A stretch of 64,000 bases of DNA, taken from Octopus vulgaris (Eukaryota). Shown piece after piece: positions 53,291-64,000 of the stretch (the stretch's first letter is position 1; every line of letters begins with the position of its first letter). The stretch is from assembly GCA_951406725.2 (NCBI GenBank), contig OX597814.1, forward strand, positions 43,586,001-43,650,000, given 5' to 3'. The notes beneath the pieces were generated by a model. It saw only the letters and a program-made list of their open reading frames with translations. It did not search any database and was not told where the DNA came from. The translations under genes and the position numbers were made by a program.

Positions 53291-53970
53291 GTATTATTGG
53301 AATTAGCCACCGAGCCCCTGAAAATACAAACCTAACTTGGCCAACAATTAGCTACAATTGAAAATTACATAAAGCGCGCTACTTCTAATGATGTTATTGA
53401 CTATTCAGCTTCTTAACACTGTGGGTCCATTGCTGGCTAAATAATATCACCAATATCATATTTTTTTATGTTTTAAATTCACTGCGGATGATTTCTTTAC
53501 ATCTGATAAGATGGACATATTCTACGCCTACAAAACTTGGTGTTGATTCATTTTCCTAATAAATAATCAAATCTCCAAGTTAGGATATATTTTCAGTACT
53601 TTCTTAACCAAATCTTATAGGTATGTATGTGGGAGTAGTATATGTGTGTACGTGTATGCATGTGTGTAATTGTATGTACGTGTGTAAATGTGTGCTTGCG
53701 TGTATGTGGGGTTGTTATTTTGTGCATGTGTGTGCCACGTATATATTATGCATGGTATACTGATAGAGTTTTTGTAAAGAACTGCTTCTATTGCATTATT
53801 ATAATTACATTTTGTTCATTCAGCTGTAATATAGTTTAGCATTTATTAATACATCTTTCAAGGATATAAAGTGGAGAATAGCGAATGGCATTTACAGTAC
53901 TTCTCTATACCTTAAAATTGATCAAATGTATTTAGAGTTACGCGAATCATGAATATTCTCATACATATAA

Positions 53971-54180
53971 AATATTGCAAGTCAAATACCCTTTTCGATT
54001 CTATTCATAAACCAAAGAAGGTCTAAATATGAAATCCCTACATTAAAAGCAAATGTTAATTAACGGATATTGCAAGTCAAATTTTGCAGGTTAAATACCT
54101 TCTTTCCGTGAATTCATGAATCAACGAAGGTTTAAATATGGAAACCCTAATTTGAAAACAAATATCAATTAATGGATACG
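53971..54180. repeat. Two-unit tandem duplication (~100-110 bp)
   Basis: ATATTGCAAGTCAAAT, GAAGGT.TAAATATG and AATTAA.GGATA each occur twice in register. Confidence 0.75.
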
Positions 54181-55257
54181 ATCATATACTGATAGAAAGC
54201 AGCACAGAGCGTTCCAAAGGAAAAATCAGTCACGGTGATATGTCACACAGAAACCCAAGTAAAAAGTATTCACACTACACTTAACGTAAACTGTAATACC
54301 GTACTGTCCTTATTGAAAGGAATAATAATAAAAAAAAGAATTACAAGGCATAAAACATATAACAAACCTACTCACGTATTCATTAAGCATTATCACAAAA
54401 AATGGCAGGAAGTGAAACATTGTTATTAACACAGAAACGCAGATTACCAAATCAAGGAAAGTTATTCTAACAACTAATCTATCCACATTTTAACCGCTAA
54501 ATTTATGTGGTTCCAAGCAATGTATTTGAAGATATTAAACACGAATGTGTACAGCTAGTGAGGAAGACGACAGAATTAGTTGAAATGTATGTACAACAGT
54601 CCACCTTTTTTTTATTCATGTACATAATTTACCGATGAACTATTTACAATCGCCGTAATACTAAATTTTGGTGAAAAGTCTATAGATAATTTGTATAGTA
54701 CATTATAAGACCGCAATACTTTTAGCATGAAGATACTTAATAAATAAATAAATTCCAATACAATTACAAGATGCCATCGCGGCACACAGCAATGCATTAT
54801 AAAGAACAGAAAGAGAAAATAGTTGATGACACTACAATTCTATATAGAATTTCAATAAAAGCAAAGCATCAAACAGAATTAATTCAAAGGAAGAGCACAT
54901 ATGAAATTACAATCACGGTTGGATTGGATTCAGCCGTTGAAGGCTTTTTAAATTCTGCGTTAAAAATATTACAAATATCTCCATGATTGTTTGAAATTCA
55001 ACGCAAGAAAATACCCATTTCTACAACTTTAAACCTTATGTTGGCAAACAGATTGATTAAAAACATTAATGCACTACTGAATTTAGTAAGGTTAATAATG
55101 ATCCGGCCAAAACGTAAGGGAAATCTAAAGAATTCTTAATTTAAAAACAAAAGATCATACCTGGATATATTCATGTGTTTAGTAAAATAACTTTATTTGC
55201 CGGTTTGTAATTTTGTACATATGTTTGAATTTGCGTATACATACACACATATATATG

Positions 55258-55400
55258 TATAAATACAGTCAATTGAAATAAAAGATCAATTCCAATAAAA
55301 GGATAACAGACAACAAGAGGACATGCACAAACAATGTATTAGCTTGACGCTCGGTAAAAAGAGACGGCTTGAGGTTTCGAGCGTAGCTCTTCGTCGGATA
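55258..55400 (-). mobile_element. Short HHR-like element related to 8490-8680
   Basis: Minus strand CCGACGA-A-GAGC-TAC-GCTC-GAAAC, then GAGCGTC..TAATAC..TTTGT; TA-rich repeats on both sides. Confidence 0.65.
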
Positions 55401-56246
55401 GTATGCGTGTATGCATATATGTATATTGAAGAATATTTGCAGATTTTGCCAAATCGTAAGCAGAATATTAATCATTGTAAGGAATGGTATTAACTCACAC
55501 ATATTTGCGACTTATGCTAGATAATAAATCCACCGTTAATAACTTACAGCAGTAAACGTTGAAACATTCAAAATATAATCAAACCGGTTTTATGATTTGT
55601 GTTTCGTTTCATGAAATAGTGAATATTATTTAGGAAAATGCTAAAGTAGAGAAGCAACAAAACAAAGGCAGTCAAATTGAATTTGACATAATGTAAGACA
55701 CTATAATATTTCTGTTAATACAAGGAATATATTTCTAAGATAAGAGAGTGAAAATTATTCCTTTGTATCTCCTGAAATATATATGTTTAAATCCATTCAT
55801 AAATCATTATAAATATTCCTTATATTTCTCTTAATAATGGTAATTTTATATAATGATGAGTGTTTAACAAACTATTGCGGCATTTTAGAAATACTCTGCA
55901 TTTTTGTGCATACAGAACGAATAGGTTTGTATGTTTATACTCGTATATGAATATGGATAGATAGGAGGTATGGAAAAAGGAGGGGTGTTTCTGTATATAA
56001 ATTTTTCTACTTCGTTTTACATGCCTATATTCAACTCAATATATTTCAATATATATTCACACACACAAACACACACACACATATAAGATTGAAAATGATT
56101 AAAACTATAGAGTTATTAAATAAATATGTATGTGCATATATATTTATGTATACATATGTATATACATGTATGTATATATATAAATATATATAGAGAGATA
56201 TAGATATAGCTACATACATACATATATTCATACATACATACACACA

Positions 56247-56286
<40 letters not shown>

Positions 56287-56869
56287 CATACACACATGTA
56301 TATATATAGACATACATACACCCAAAATGTATATATGCGTGTGTGTGATTTACAAACAAATAAGAAGTGTACTTAGAATTAGGGTGAAATTACTGTGGTA
56401 TTCAAATTACTCACCAAAATATATATCTAATTACCATCCAGAAGATTGCTATGTGAAATATGAATACGTGATAAATGAAGTACTGTTGTTACTCATCTAG
56501 ATTTCGCGTGTGTTTCTGATCACCTAGCTGATGACTGGCAGTAAAACACAGTATTTATAAATTCAGTGATGTGATGGACGTTGATTAAAATAGAAAGAAT
56601 GTATATGGACTTCGAAAAGGTAAAATAAGAAAAAGGAGGCGTCAATAGAAAATATAGATAAACAGAAAAAAACAAACATAAACGTTAAAGTATATAAAGA
56701 AATGAAAGGAAATAAAAAATAATACATAATGACAAACGTCAGAAATAAAAAAGACAAAATTCCACACAGACACACGCATACACATACACTCGCGCACGCA
56801 AGCATATATACATATATATATATACATATATGTACGTGTGTGTATACCTGCCTATATGAACTTTGTGTA

Positions 56870-58400
56870 TGTATAGTTGAAATTTATAGAAAAACAATAG
56901 ACAAAGGCATGTGTATATACAACAAGCAAGTATATAAGTTTGACGCTCTGGGTAAAACGAAAACAGTTTTTAACGTTTCGATCCTAGGATCTTCAACAGA
57001 AAAGAATAAAGGAAAATAAACAGAGAGAATGAAAAAAAGAAAGAAAAACACTTGCAGATTTCAGCGGTCCAACATGGCGAATGTCTAGAAAAAAAGACGT
57101 TGAAAGATAGGAAGATAATAATAATGATACAAAAAGAGGCTGAATGAAAGGGACATAATAAAGTACTAGCGATCGCAACAAGAGAAGGTGCGCATGCATG
57201 TGTGTATGTGAGAATGTGTGTGTGAGTGTGTAAGTGTGTATGCGTGAATAAGGGCAAGTGACTCTGACGTGTGTGAGCGTGTGCCTGTGTAACGTGTGTA
57301 TGTGTGTGTTGTATGTATCAGTTGATGTGTGCTTTTTCACGCGGTGTGTGCACATGTGTGTGTGTATGTTTGTGTGTCTGTGACTTAATAGTGTGCATGT
57401 GTATATATATATGGTGTATATATGTGGGCAAAAGTTATCTTTGTCTATGTATGTTACGTGAGTTAATGCGTTGCGTTTCTCTGTATATATAACCTCTGTT
57501 CAGGTATTATGTTCCTGGGTGAGTGTGGGAGCATATGTTGTCTGTGTTCAGGTACTACGTGCTTGTGTGAGTGTGGGAGTGAGCATGAAGGAGTATGGTG
57601 TCTGTACAGTGATAAACAGTGTGCCTGGCTGCTCATAAAGGGGTATCTGTGGTTACACTATTGAAAGTTGTGTGTGGGTGTGTGGATAATGGTGTGTAGC
57701 GTGGCAAGTGGTCAGTGCTTGTGTGTATGGAGTGGGGTGAGATTGGTATCAAATGAAAAGACGAGGTGAGGTTGGTGTCAGATGAAGAGATGAGGTGAGT
57801 TGAGCGCATGTCGTGCAAAGAAGCGAAGAGAGAAGAATAATTCCTGTTCACAGCGAAAGCGGGAGACTGGATGGCCTTTGTGCATAGATAGTTCGAACAC
57901 AGAGATATATAGTAGCGAATTACCGGTAGAGCAGAAATGGCACAATACCGGGGTGTCATTGCCGGATCTTTTGTCTGGGATGTACGCCGCGAACTGGTCA
58001 GCCCAGCGACGTCCCGTTTTACCAATGTAGAAAGAAAAGAGAGAGCAAGAGATGCAGTAAATGACGTAACTAGAAGTGCTGGTAAAGGAGTCGTTGATGT
58101 GATAGTGACGATGGCCGGTGCTTTGAGTATGGTGGTGTGCAGCAGCTCGTGCGAGAGCAGAGAAACGAACCAAGCTGGGACGTGGGGTTAGGGAACAAAC
58201 TGTGAACCAGGAGCCGGGGAGGATGTGCGTGGTGCAGGGGTCGGACTGGAATCGCAGGTAGGCTCGGAGATGGTGCACTGGAGGGGCAGCGTGGAGTGGT
58301 GGTAGGTGATGTGAAACGGGAGATGGGCAACGGTGGGACGGGTGCGAGGAAAAAGAGCAGAGGCATGGTCTGCAGATGGTGCCCTGCCAAGAGCAGTGTG
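56870..58400 (-). mobile_element. Penelope-like retroelement 3' part: GIY-YIG endonuclease pseudogene + 3' UTR with HHR-like core
   Basis: ORF 57778-58425 contains FTSTSSYVIYCISCSLFSFYIGKTGRR..F....D...GNDTPV..HF...G.S..R...EQELFFSL...A.HALN; downstream at 56967-57003 UUUU-CUGUUGA-A-GAUC-CUAG-GAUC-GAAAC-GUU-AAAA. Confidence 0.82.
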
Positions 58401-58587
58401 GATATGCATATACATAACCGAACAATTATGTACATACGCATATATGTATATGATACTTGTATGTGTGTCTGTATATGTACGTGTGTGTCTGCGTGTATGT
58501 GTGAGTGTGCGTGTGTGTATGTGTGTGCAGTAGTATACAAATATTAACACAAAACAAAAAAAACATAAAAATATGATATGTACAAAG

Positions 58588-58635
<48 letters not shown>

Positions 58636-58896
58636 ACATATACTAAAATGGAATACAGAGAATTTGTAAATGCATTTGAACCACACATATTTCTGTATAG
58701 ACACACACACATACACACACATACACACACACACAAACACACTGCTGCACACTCACACACACTGAGGCACACACACACATACACATATTTTTTACTTACT
58801 CTACATTTCCTTTTGCCGAACATTTAAGTTATGTTGTGTAAACACACCAACATAGGTTGCCCAACAGTGCTAGGGAAAAGACACAGACAACGACGT

Positions 58897-58937
<41 letters not shown>

Positions 58938-58940
<3 letters not shown>

Positions 58941-59243
58941 AGAGGGTTAAAGAGCAGTTAAAGCCAACTCCATGCGTGTTGAATGTGCGTTGTTTCTAAA
59001 ATAAAATTAAGACAAACAGATTTTCTCCTTGGTACGAAAATGATGTAAAGCGGGTGAAATAAGTCTATTTCGTTAGTTAGTGTGGTCAATACAATAAAAT
59101 ACACCTCGCTTATTTCTGCCCGGCTCACATCATTTTCGTACCAATAAGAAAAGTTTTTTTTTTTTTTTTTGTTTTACTTTATTTTAAAAACAAAAGCCGT
59201 TCAACAGGCATGGAATTGGTTTTAACTGCTCTGTCACCCTCTG
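58938..59243. repeat. Imperfect fold-back inverted repeat (~130 bp arms, ~42 bp spacer) next to (TA)n
   Basis: AGAGGGTTAAAGAGCAGTTAAAGCCAACTCCATGCGTGTTGAA..TTGGTACGAAAATGATGT is mirrored by ACATCATTTTCGTACCAA..TTCAACAGGCATGGAATTGGTTTTAACTGCTCTGTCACCCTCT. Confidence 0.88.
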
Positions 59244-60138
59244 TTTGTCTTTATACATTTATACATAATTTGCCTGTATCGGTCCAGCGAGAGGTTAGAA
59301 AGAATGTTTGAATGGGGATGAGGGGATGAAGATTTGTGTTTCTTCTCGCTCTCACTCTTTTCAATATATATATATATATATTAGCAAAAAATTTAATGCA
59401 GAAATTGAATTGACAATCAATTTATTTATATTATAACAATATAATAATATACCATGAATATAATATACGAGATAACATAAAAAAATGTTATTTAAAAGTC
59501 CCAAAAGTCAACAATTTGTTTTGATTTACATGCATTATATGATTTATAAACAATTGATATGCATTTATATAAATCTCTTCGGGGCTTTCGTTCAAAAGAC
59601 ATACGGAATTTCATGTGAAAGACGGCCAGATTGCAAAATATTTAAATACCTATGCTTAGGAGCGTGAGCGTTAACTTGTCAACTACATAACAATTACAAT
59701 TTTAAAAAAATATGGAAAAGATAATTAAGTAAATAGAATCTACAACTATCTAAATATATTTCTATATATCTCAAACAATATTAATCCAAATTCGTTTAGG
59801 TCGAAGACAATATTTGGCTATTTTAATAACATACGACAACAATATTAAGTTATGTTTATTTAGTAATTCAAATAAAACAATTCATTTATTATTATGATTA
59901 TTATTTATCATTATTATCATCAATTCATAAACTAAATGAATTATATATAAATATAATTATTTATTTTAATGAAGATAACTTATTTGTGATTCGTAATTAA
60001 TATTACATCATTAAAATAATGCGGTATTTTTCATTAAATGCAAGTATTTGCACAAGAAAGATATCAAATATTCTGAATTAATCCACTATCATATTGATTT
60101 TCTAAATTCTACATTATAATATAACACCTAAAAGATAT

Positions 60139-60223
<85 letters not shown>

Positions 60224-60226
60224 AAT

Positions 60227-60268
60227 GGAGGCGCAATGGCCTAGTGGTTAGGGCAGCGGACTCGTAGT
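60227..60268 (+). mobile_element. SINE family C head only
   Basis: GGAGGCGCAATGGCCTAGTGGTTAGGGCAGCGGACTCG, identical to the start of the 62693 copy. Confidence 0.85.
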
Positions 60269-60899
60269 CTGTTAGGTCAAATATAGCTGGTAGAACACAA
60301 TACTCAAGATACACAATACTTGTAATTACACTCGACAGTACGCAACTCGCGGCTTTACAAAGCTCTATTTCTTTCATTTAGACACATGGCCTTTCTAAAT
60401 AGCGGCTACCACAAGGACAGACAAAATAATACATTGGGGTACATAAAACATATAGAGAATTATGAATATAAATATAAATGTAATGGTTTTCCTACCCCAC
60501 CCCACTCAAAGCAGGTAGTTCCATTTTACTGGTTTTTAAATGAAGTGTGTACTTATCAGTCTTGTATCTTGTTAGATTTCTTTTTGTTTAAAAATCCACA
60601 CAATGTCACACCAAAAATTCCATCAAATCTTAAAATGTTATCAGTGATGGCAAATCATGGTAACGAAATCGAATTCCTGTCATCACTATCCGGTCACCAA
60701 ATATTTCCTGCAACCTTCCTGCTCTATCATCCCCCAACAACACCGCTTTCACATTTCGATTTTCCTCTCTCTCTCAGCCAGGTTAACCCTCAGTACATGT
60801 TTCATTTTTGAAATTTTCTTTTATACCTCTTCAGTATTTTTGTAACGAATCATAGTTCTTTCATATTTCCCTTCGTGTGCTCTTTCTGCTGTACCTCAC

Positions 60900-61592
60900 C
60901 CCTCTCTACCTCTGTTGCTGGTATTCCCGTCTCTACTTGTCCTTACTTCTTACTTTCATGTCTCTTCTTCTTCTTCTTCTGTCCTTCCTCCTCCTTACTA
61001 GTTGAAGGCAACGGTCTTTGTGTTCGTTCCTCAGTTGGCTCAGTTTTTATGTGGATATTTCACGTTGCTCCTCTTTCTTTCTACCACTGTATATTTTGCC
61101 ACCATTTCCTCCACCGCAGTTGCGCCCTTTTCAACCTGATGCTCTTTCTCCGCCTCCTCCTGTTCGTGTTTCCGGGGACACTTTGCTTTCATGTGTCACC
61201 TTACTCCACACAAATAACATACCGGTGGTCTTTCTTCTGCGACGATTTTTAATCTTGTCTCATCTGGTTGCACCAGTTCTTCTGTAATTTTGGTAAGGTC
61301 CGACAGGCTACTATGGAAGGACACCTCTATTCCATATCCCCACAGTTCACCTCCGTCGTTCTCAATATCTTCAACACCTGATAATCTTTCTCTGTGTTAT
61401 AGCAGGTGGCTGACACCAGCCACGCCTCATGAATTTCTAGAGGTACTCTACCTATTCTTACTCTGGCCGCACGAACATTATATTTTTTTCTAATTCCTTT
61501 CCTTTAATTCGATTTCATGGACCTGCAGTACCTCTACTGCCAGGACTTTGAAGGTCCCCGCAGCGTAACTCCCCGTTAGTTTACTTTCCATG
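60900..61592 (-). pseudogene. Retroelement ORF1/gag-like relic with CCHC zinc knuckle (L1/Tx1-like)
   Basis: Minus-strand reading RAARVRIGRVPLEIHEAWLVSA...RLKIVAEERPPVCYLCGVR*HMKAKCP (CX2CX4HX4C at ~61170-61225), then an E/K-rich tail; has stops and a frameshift. Confidence 0.7.
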
Positions 61593-61889
61593 ACAGTATT
61601 ATTCCAAACTTCACCCGTAACTGGGGAAGAAAAAAATTAAAAGCCAGTTAAGAACAACAATTCCAACGATACCAGTTAATAATAGTTCAACAATTCAGCA
61701 AATTAATCATGCAATACAACAAATCTCACATGGAGCGAACTCAAATACAACGGCTCGCGGCCTTACACAGATCACCGACTCTCTCACTACTCATTGCGGG
61801 TGTCCATGGCACAGTCCATTAGGAGCCCACCAAATAGGGGTGTCCTAATTCCACATAACACACACACACACACACACATAATATATATA

Positions 61890-62590
61890 TATTACTCACT
61901 TTAGAAAAGCTCTTTCTATACCCATCACTTAATGCCATTCTAACATATCACACCATCTCACACACCTCACACATATTCATTACGTACATTTTTATCTCTT
62001 TCTACCCTCCCTACTCCTCTCCCACCTCCTCATAATATCTTGACTACCAACTAACACTCCTTTTTTCACTTTCTCTCCTTCTTTTCATTTTCTCTTGCTC
62101 TTTTTTTCATTCTTTTTTTCTCACCTTTTCCTTCGACCTCCCTCTTCATTTTAACATACACATCATTTCCCCCCTCTCTATCCACTCAGTACTACCAAAA
62201 CATTCTCAAATTTTCATTCAAACCACAAGACCTATGTGAATGAACAGCATATGGAATCTACGTCTCCACACTTTCCATTTGTGATGACAAAATATGGATT
62301 TCTTCTACACATCACATTCCTTGGATAATTGAACTGCAAATATAATATTTTTATACACTTTTATTTATTTTTATTTCTACATTCATTCTCCTATTTCCTT
62401 ATATGCTCCTTATTTGCTTCCGTTTCCAAAATAATTTATTATATTGAACTCTAATATTTTCCTTTATTTAACCATCACGCATCGTCTCTGATGAAGGGAT
62501 ATCCTTAATATCCCAGAAATATTCAGGGCTTTATAAAAGTCCTGAAAATTCCACACTGTCTTGTCTTTGTAGTCTCATTTTATTGAACAC
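61890..62590 (+). mobile_element. Penelope-like 3' fragment with hammerhead core
   Basis: LLTLEKLFLY.PSLNA-like endonuclease end, C/T-rich UTR, then CUGAUGA-A-GGGAUAU-CCUUA-AUAUCCC-A-GAAAU at 62488-62520; ends in (CA)n(TA)n. Confidence 0.65.
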
Positions 62591-62612
62591 ACACATACAC
62601 ACACACACATGT

Positions 62613-62692
<80 letters not shown>

Positions 62693-62695
<3 letters not shown>

Positions 62696-62997
62696 AGGCG
62701 CAATGGCCTAGTGGTTAGGGCAGCGGACTCGCGGTCGTAGGATCGCGGTTTCGATTCCCAGACCGGGCGTTGTGAGTGTTTATTGAGCGAAAACACCTAA
62801 AGCTCCACGAGGCTCCGGCAGGTGGGGGGGGGCGATCACTGCTGTACTCTTTCGCTACTTTCTCTCACTCTTTTTTCTGTTGGCCTGCTCGCTTAGCCAG
62901 CGGGGTGGCGTCATTTGAAGGCTAAAACAATGCGAAGCACATTGTGACCAGCGATGTGTAACAACATCTGATAGCCTGGTCGGTCACGGTGATCACG

Positions 62998-63002
<5 letters not shown>
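62693..63002 (+). mobile_element. tRNA-derived SINE family C, full length
   Basis: A box TGGCCTAGTGG, B box GGTTTCGATTCC, tail (CACGGTGAT)2 running into (AT)n. Confidence 0.9.
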
Positions 63003-63037
<35 letters not shown>

Positions 63038-63423
63038 CGTGATCACCGTGATCACACTTGAAGTGTACAGACGTATGTTGCTTCCCTCCCCCAAAGTCAG
63101 TAGCAAGCTACACAGCTACAAGGCCGAAGCCAAAACCAAACTGACCGTTTATATATATATTTGTAATCACGCATTTGCACACAAACTCGTAAGCACAATT
63201 TTTTACTTAACTACAAATTATATCCTAAACAAACCTGCAAATAAACAAAAATTTACACCCATAAAAGAGAATATATCTATATACACACTTCTTTTATACA
63301 CTTTAATATCTTCAGATAATCAAAGTCTCACGCGCATAATTAAGAATGTATACGTATATATGAAACAACCCTAAACAAATAACCAAATAATCCGAAACTA
63401 ACACCCATAAGAGAGAATATATC

Positions 63424-63556
63424 TTGCCTTTCATCCTTCTGGGGTCGATAAATTAAGTACCGGTTACGCACTGGGGTCGATGTAATTGACTTAATCCCTT
63501 TGTCTGTCCTTGTTTGTCTACTCTGTGTTTAGCCCCTTGTGGGTAGTAAAGAAATA
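63424..63556 (+). mobile_element. SINE family B 3' fragment with the alternative tail
   Basis: TTGCCTTTCATCCTTCTGGGGTCGATAAATTAAGTACC...GTTTAGCCCCTTGTGGGTAGTAAAGAAATA then (TA)n. Confidence 0.88.
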
Positions 63557-64000
63557 TATATATATACATATATATATATATTCTTCTTTAATATCTTCAG
63601 ATAATCAAAGCGCCACACACATAAGAAAGAATATATATACATATATCTGAAAGAAAACAAAACCAAGAGATGAAAAAAAAAACATGGTGACTATCCAGCA
63701 GAGTTACAACAAACGATATTGGTCTGTTAATGAAATTGACCTCCCATTAAGCACATGAATTTTTCTCTCTCAAACAGAAAACATAAACAGCGTGTTTAAA
63801 TGTGATTGCTGAAAAAAAAAAGAAACAGCGAAAATACTCAACACGCGATTTGTTACGCAGGTTTGCAGCAAACTAAAAGACGTCACGGTTTCCTTCAAGC
63901 TAATTCGGGGTTATTTTGAAATATCTCGTTATGTTTTCTCTTTAAATATTGGTCAAGTAACAACAACAAAACAACAACAACAACATCCAGAAAACCAAGA

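Noticed and set aside
62693-62765. tRNA gene
   Set aside because: It is the head of a repeated SINE and continues into the SINE body, with no proper acceptor stem or terminator.

Overview
AT-rich, microsatellite-dense eukaryotic non-coding DNA with no host protein-coding gene that I can support. The SINE families and simple-repeat load resemble a coleoid cephalopod, probably Octopus (inference). The window holds three tRNA-derived SINE families, R4/Dong-type RLE retrotransposon fragments sitting in (TAA)n, two CR1-group LINE fragments, two mariner relics, a Helitron, a HINE-like element, an L1/Tx1-like ORF1 relic, a 5S rRNA-derived copy and Penelope-like (GIY-YIG) fragments. The most interesting signal is a set of about ten short elements, mostly next to (TA)n tracts, that carry minimal hammerhead ribozyme (HHR) cores. 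Several are fold-back inverted repeats, one encloses a tRNA-like head, two have a long structured stem II, and some sit downstream of Penelope GIY-YIG ends. The CR1-group LINEs also share a 3' tail and compensatory stem-loop with the commonest SINE. Most long ORFs in the track are microsatellite artefacts.
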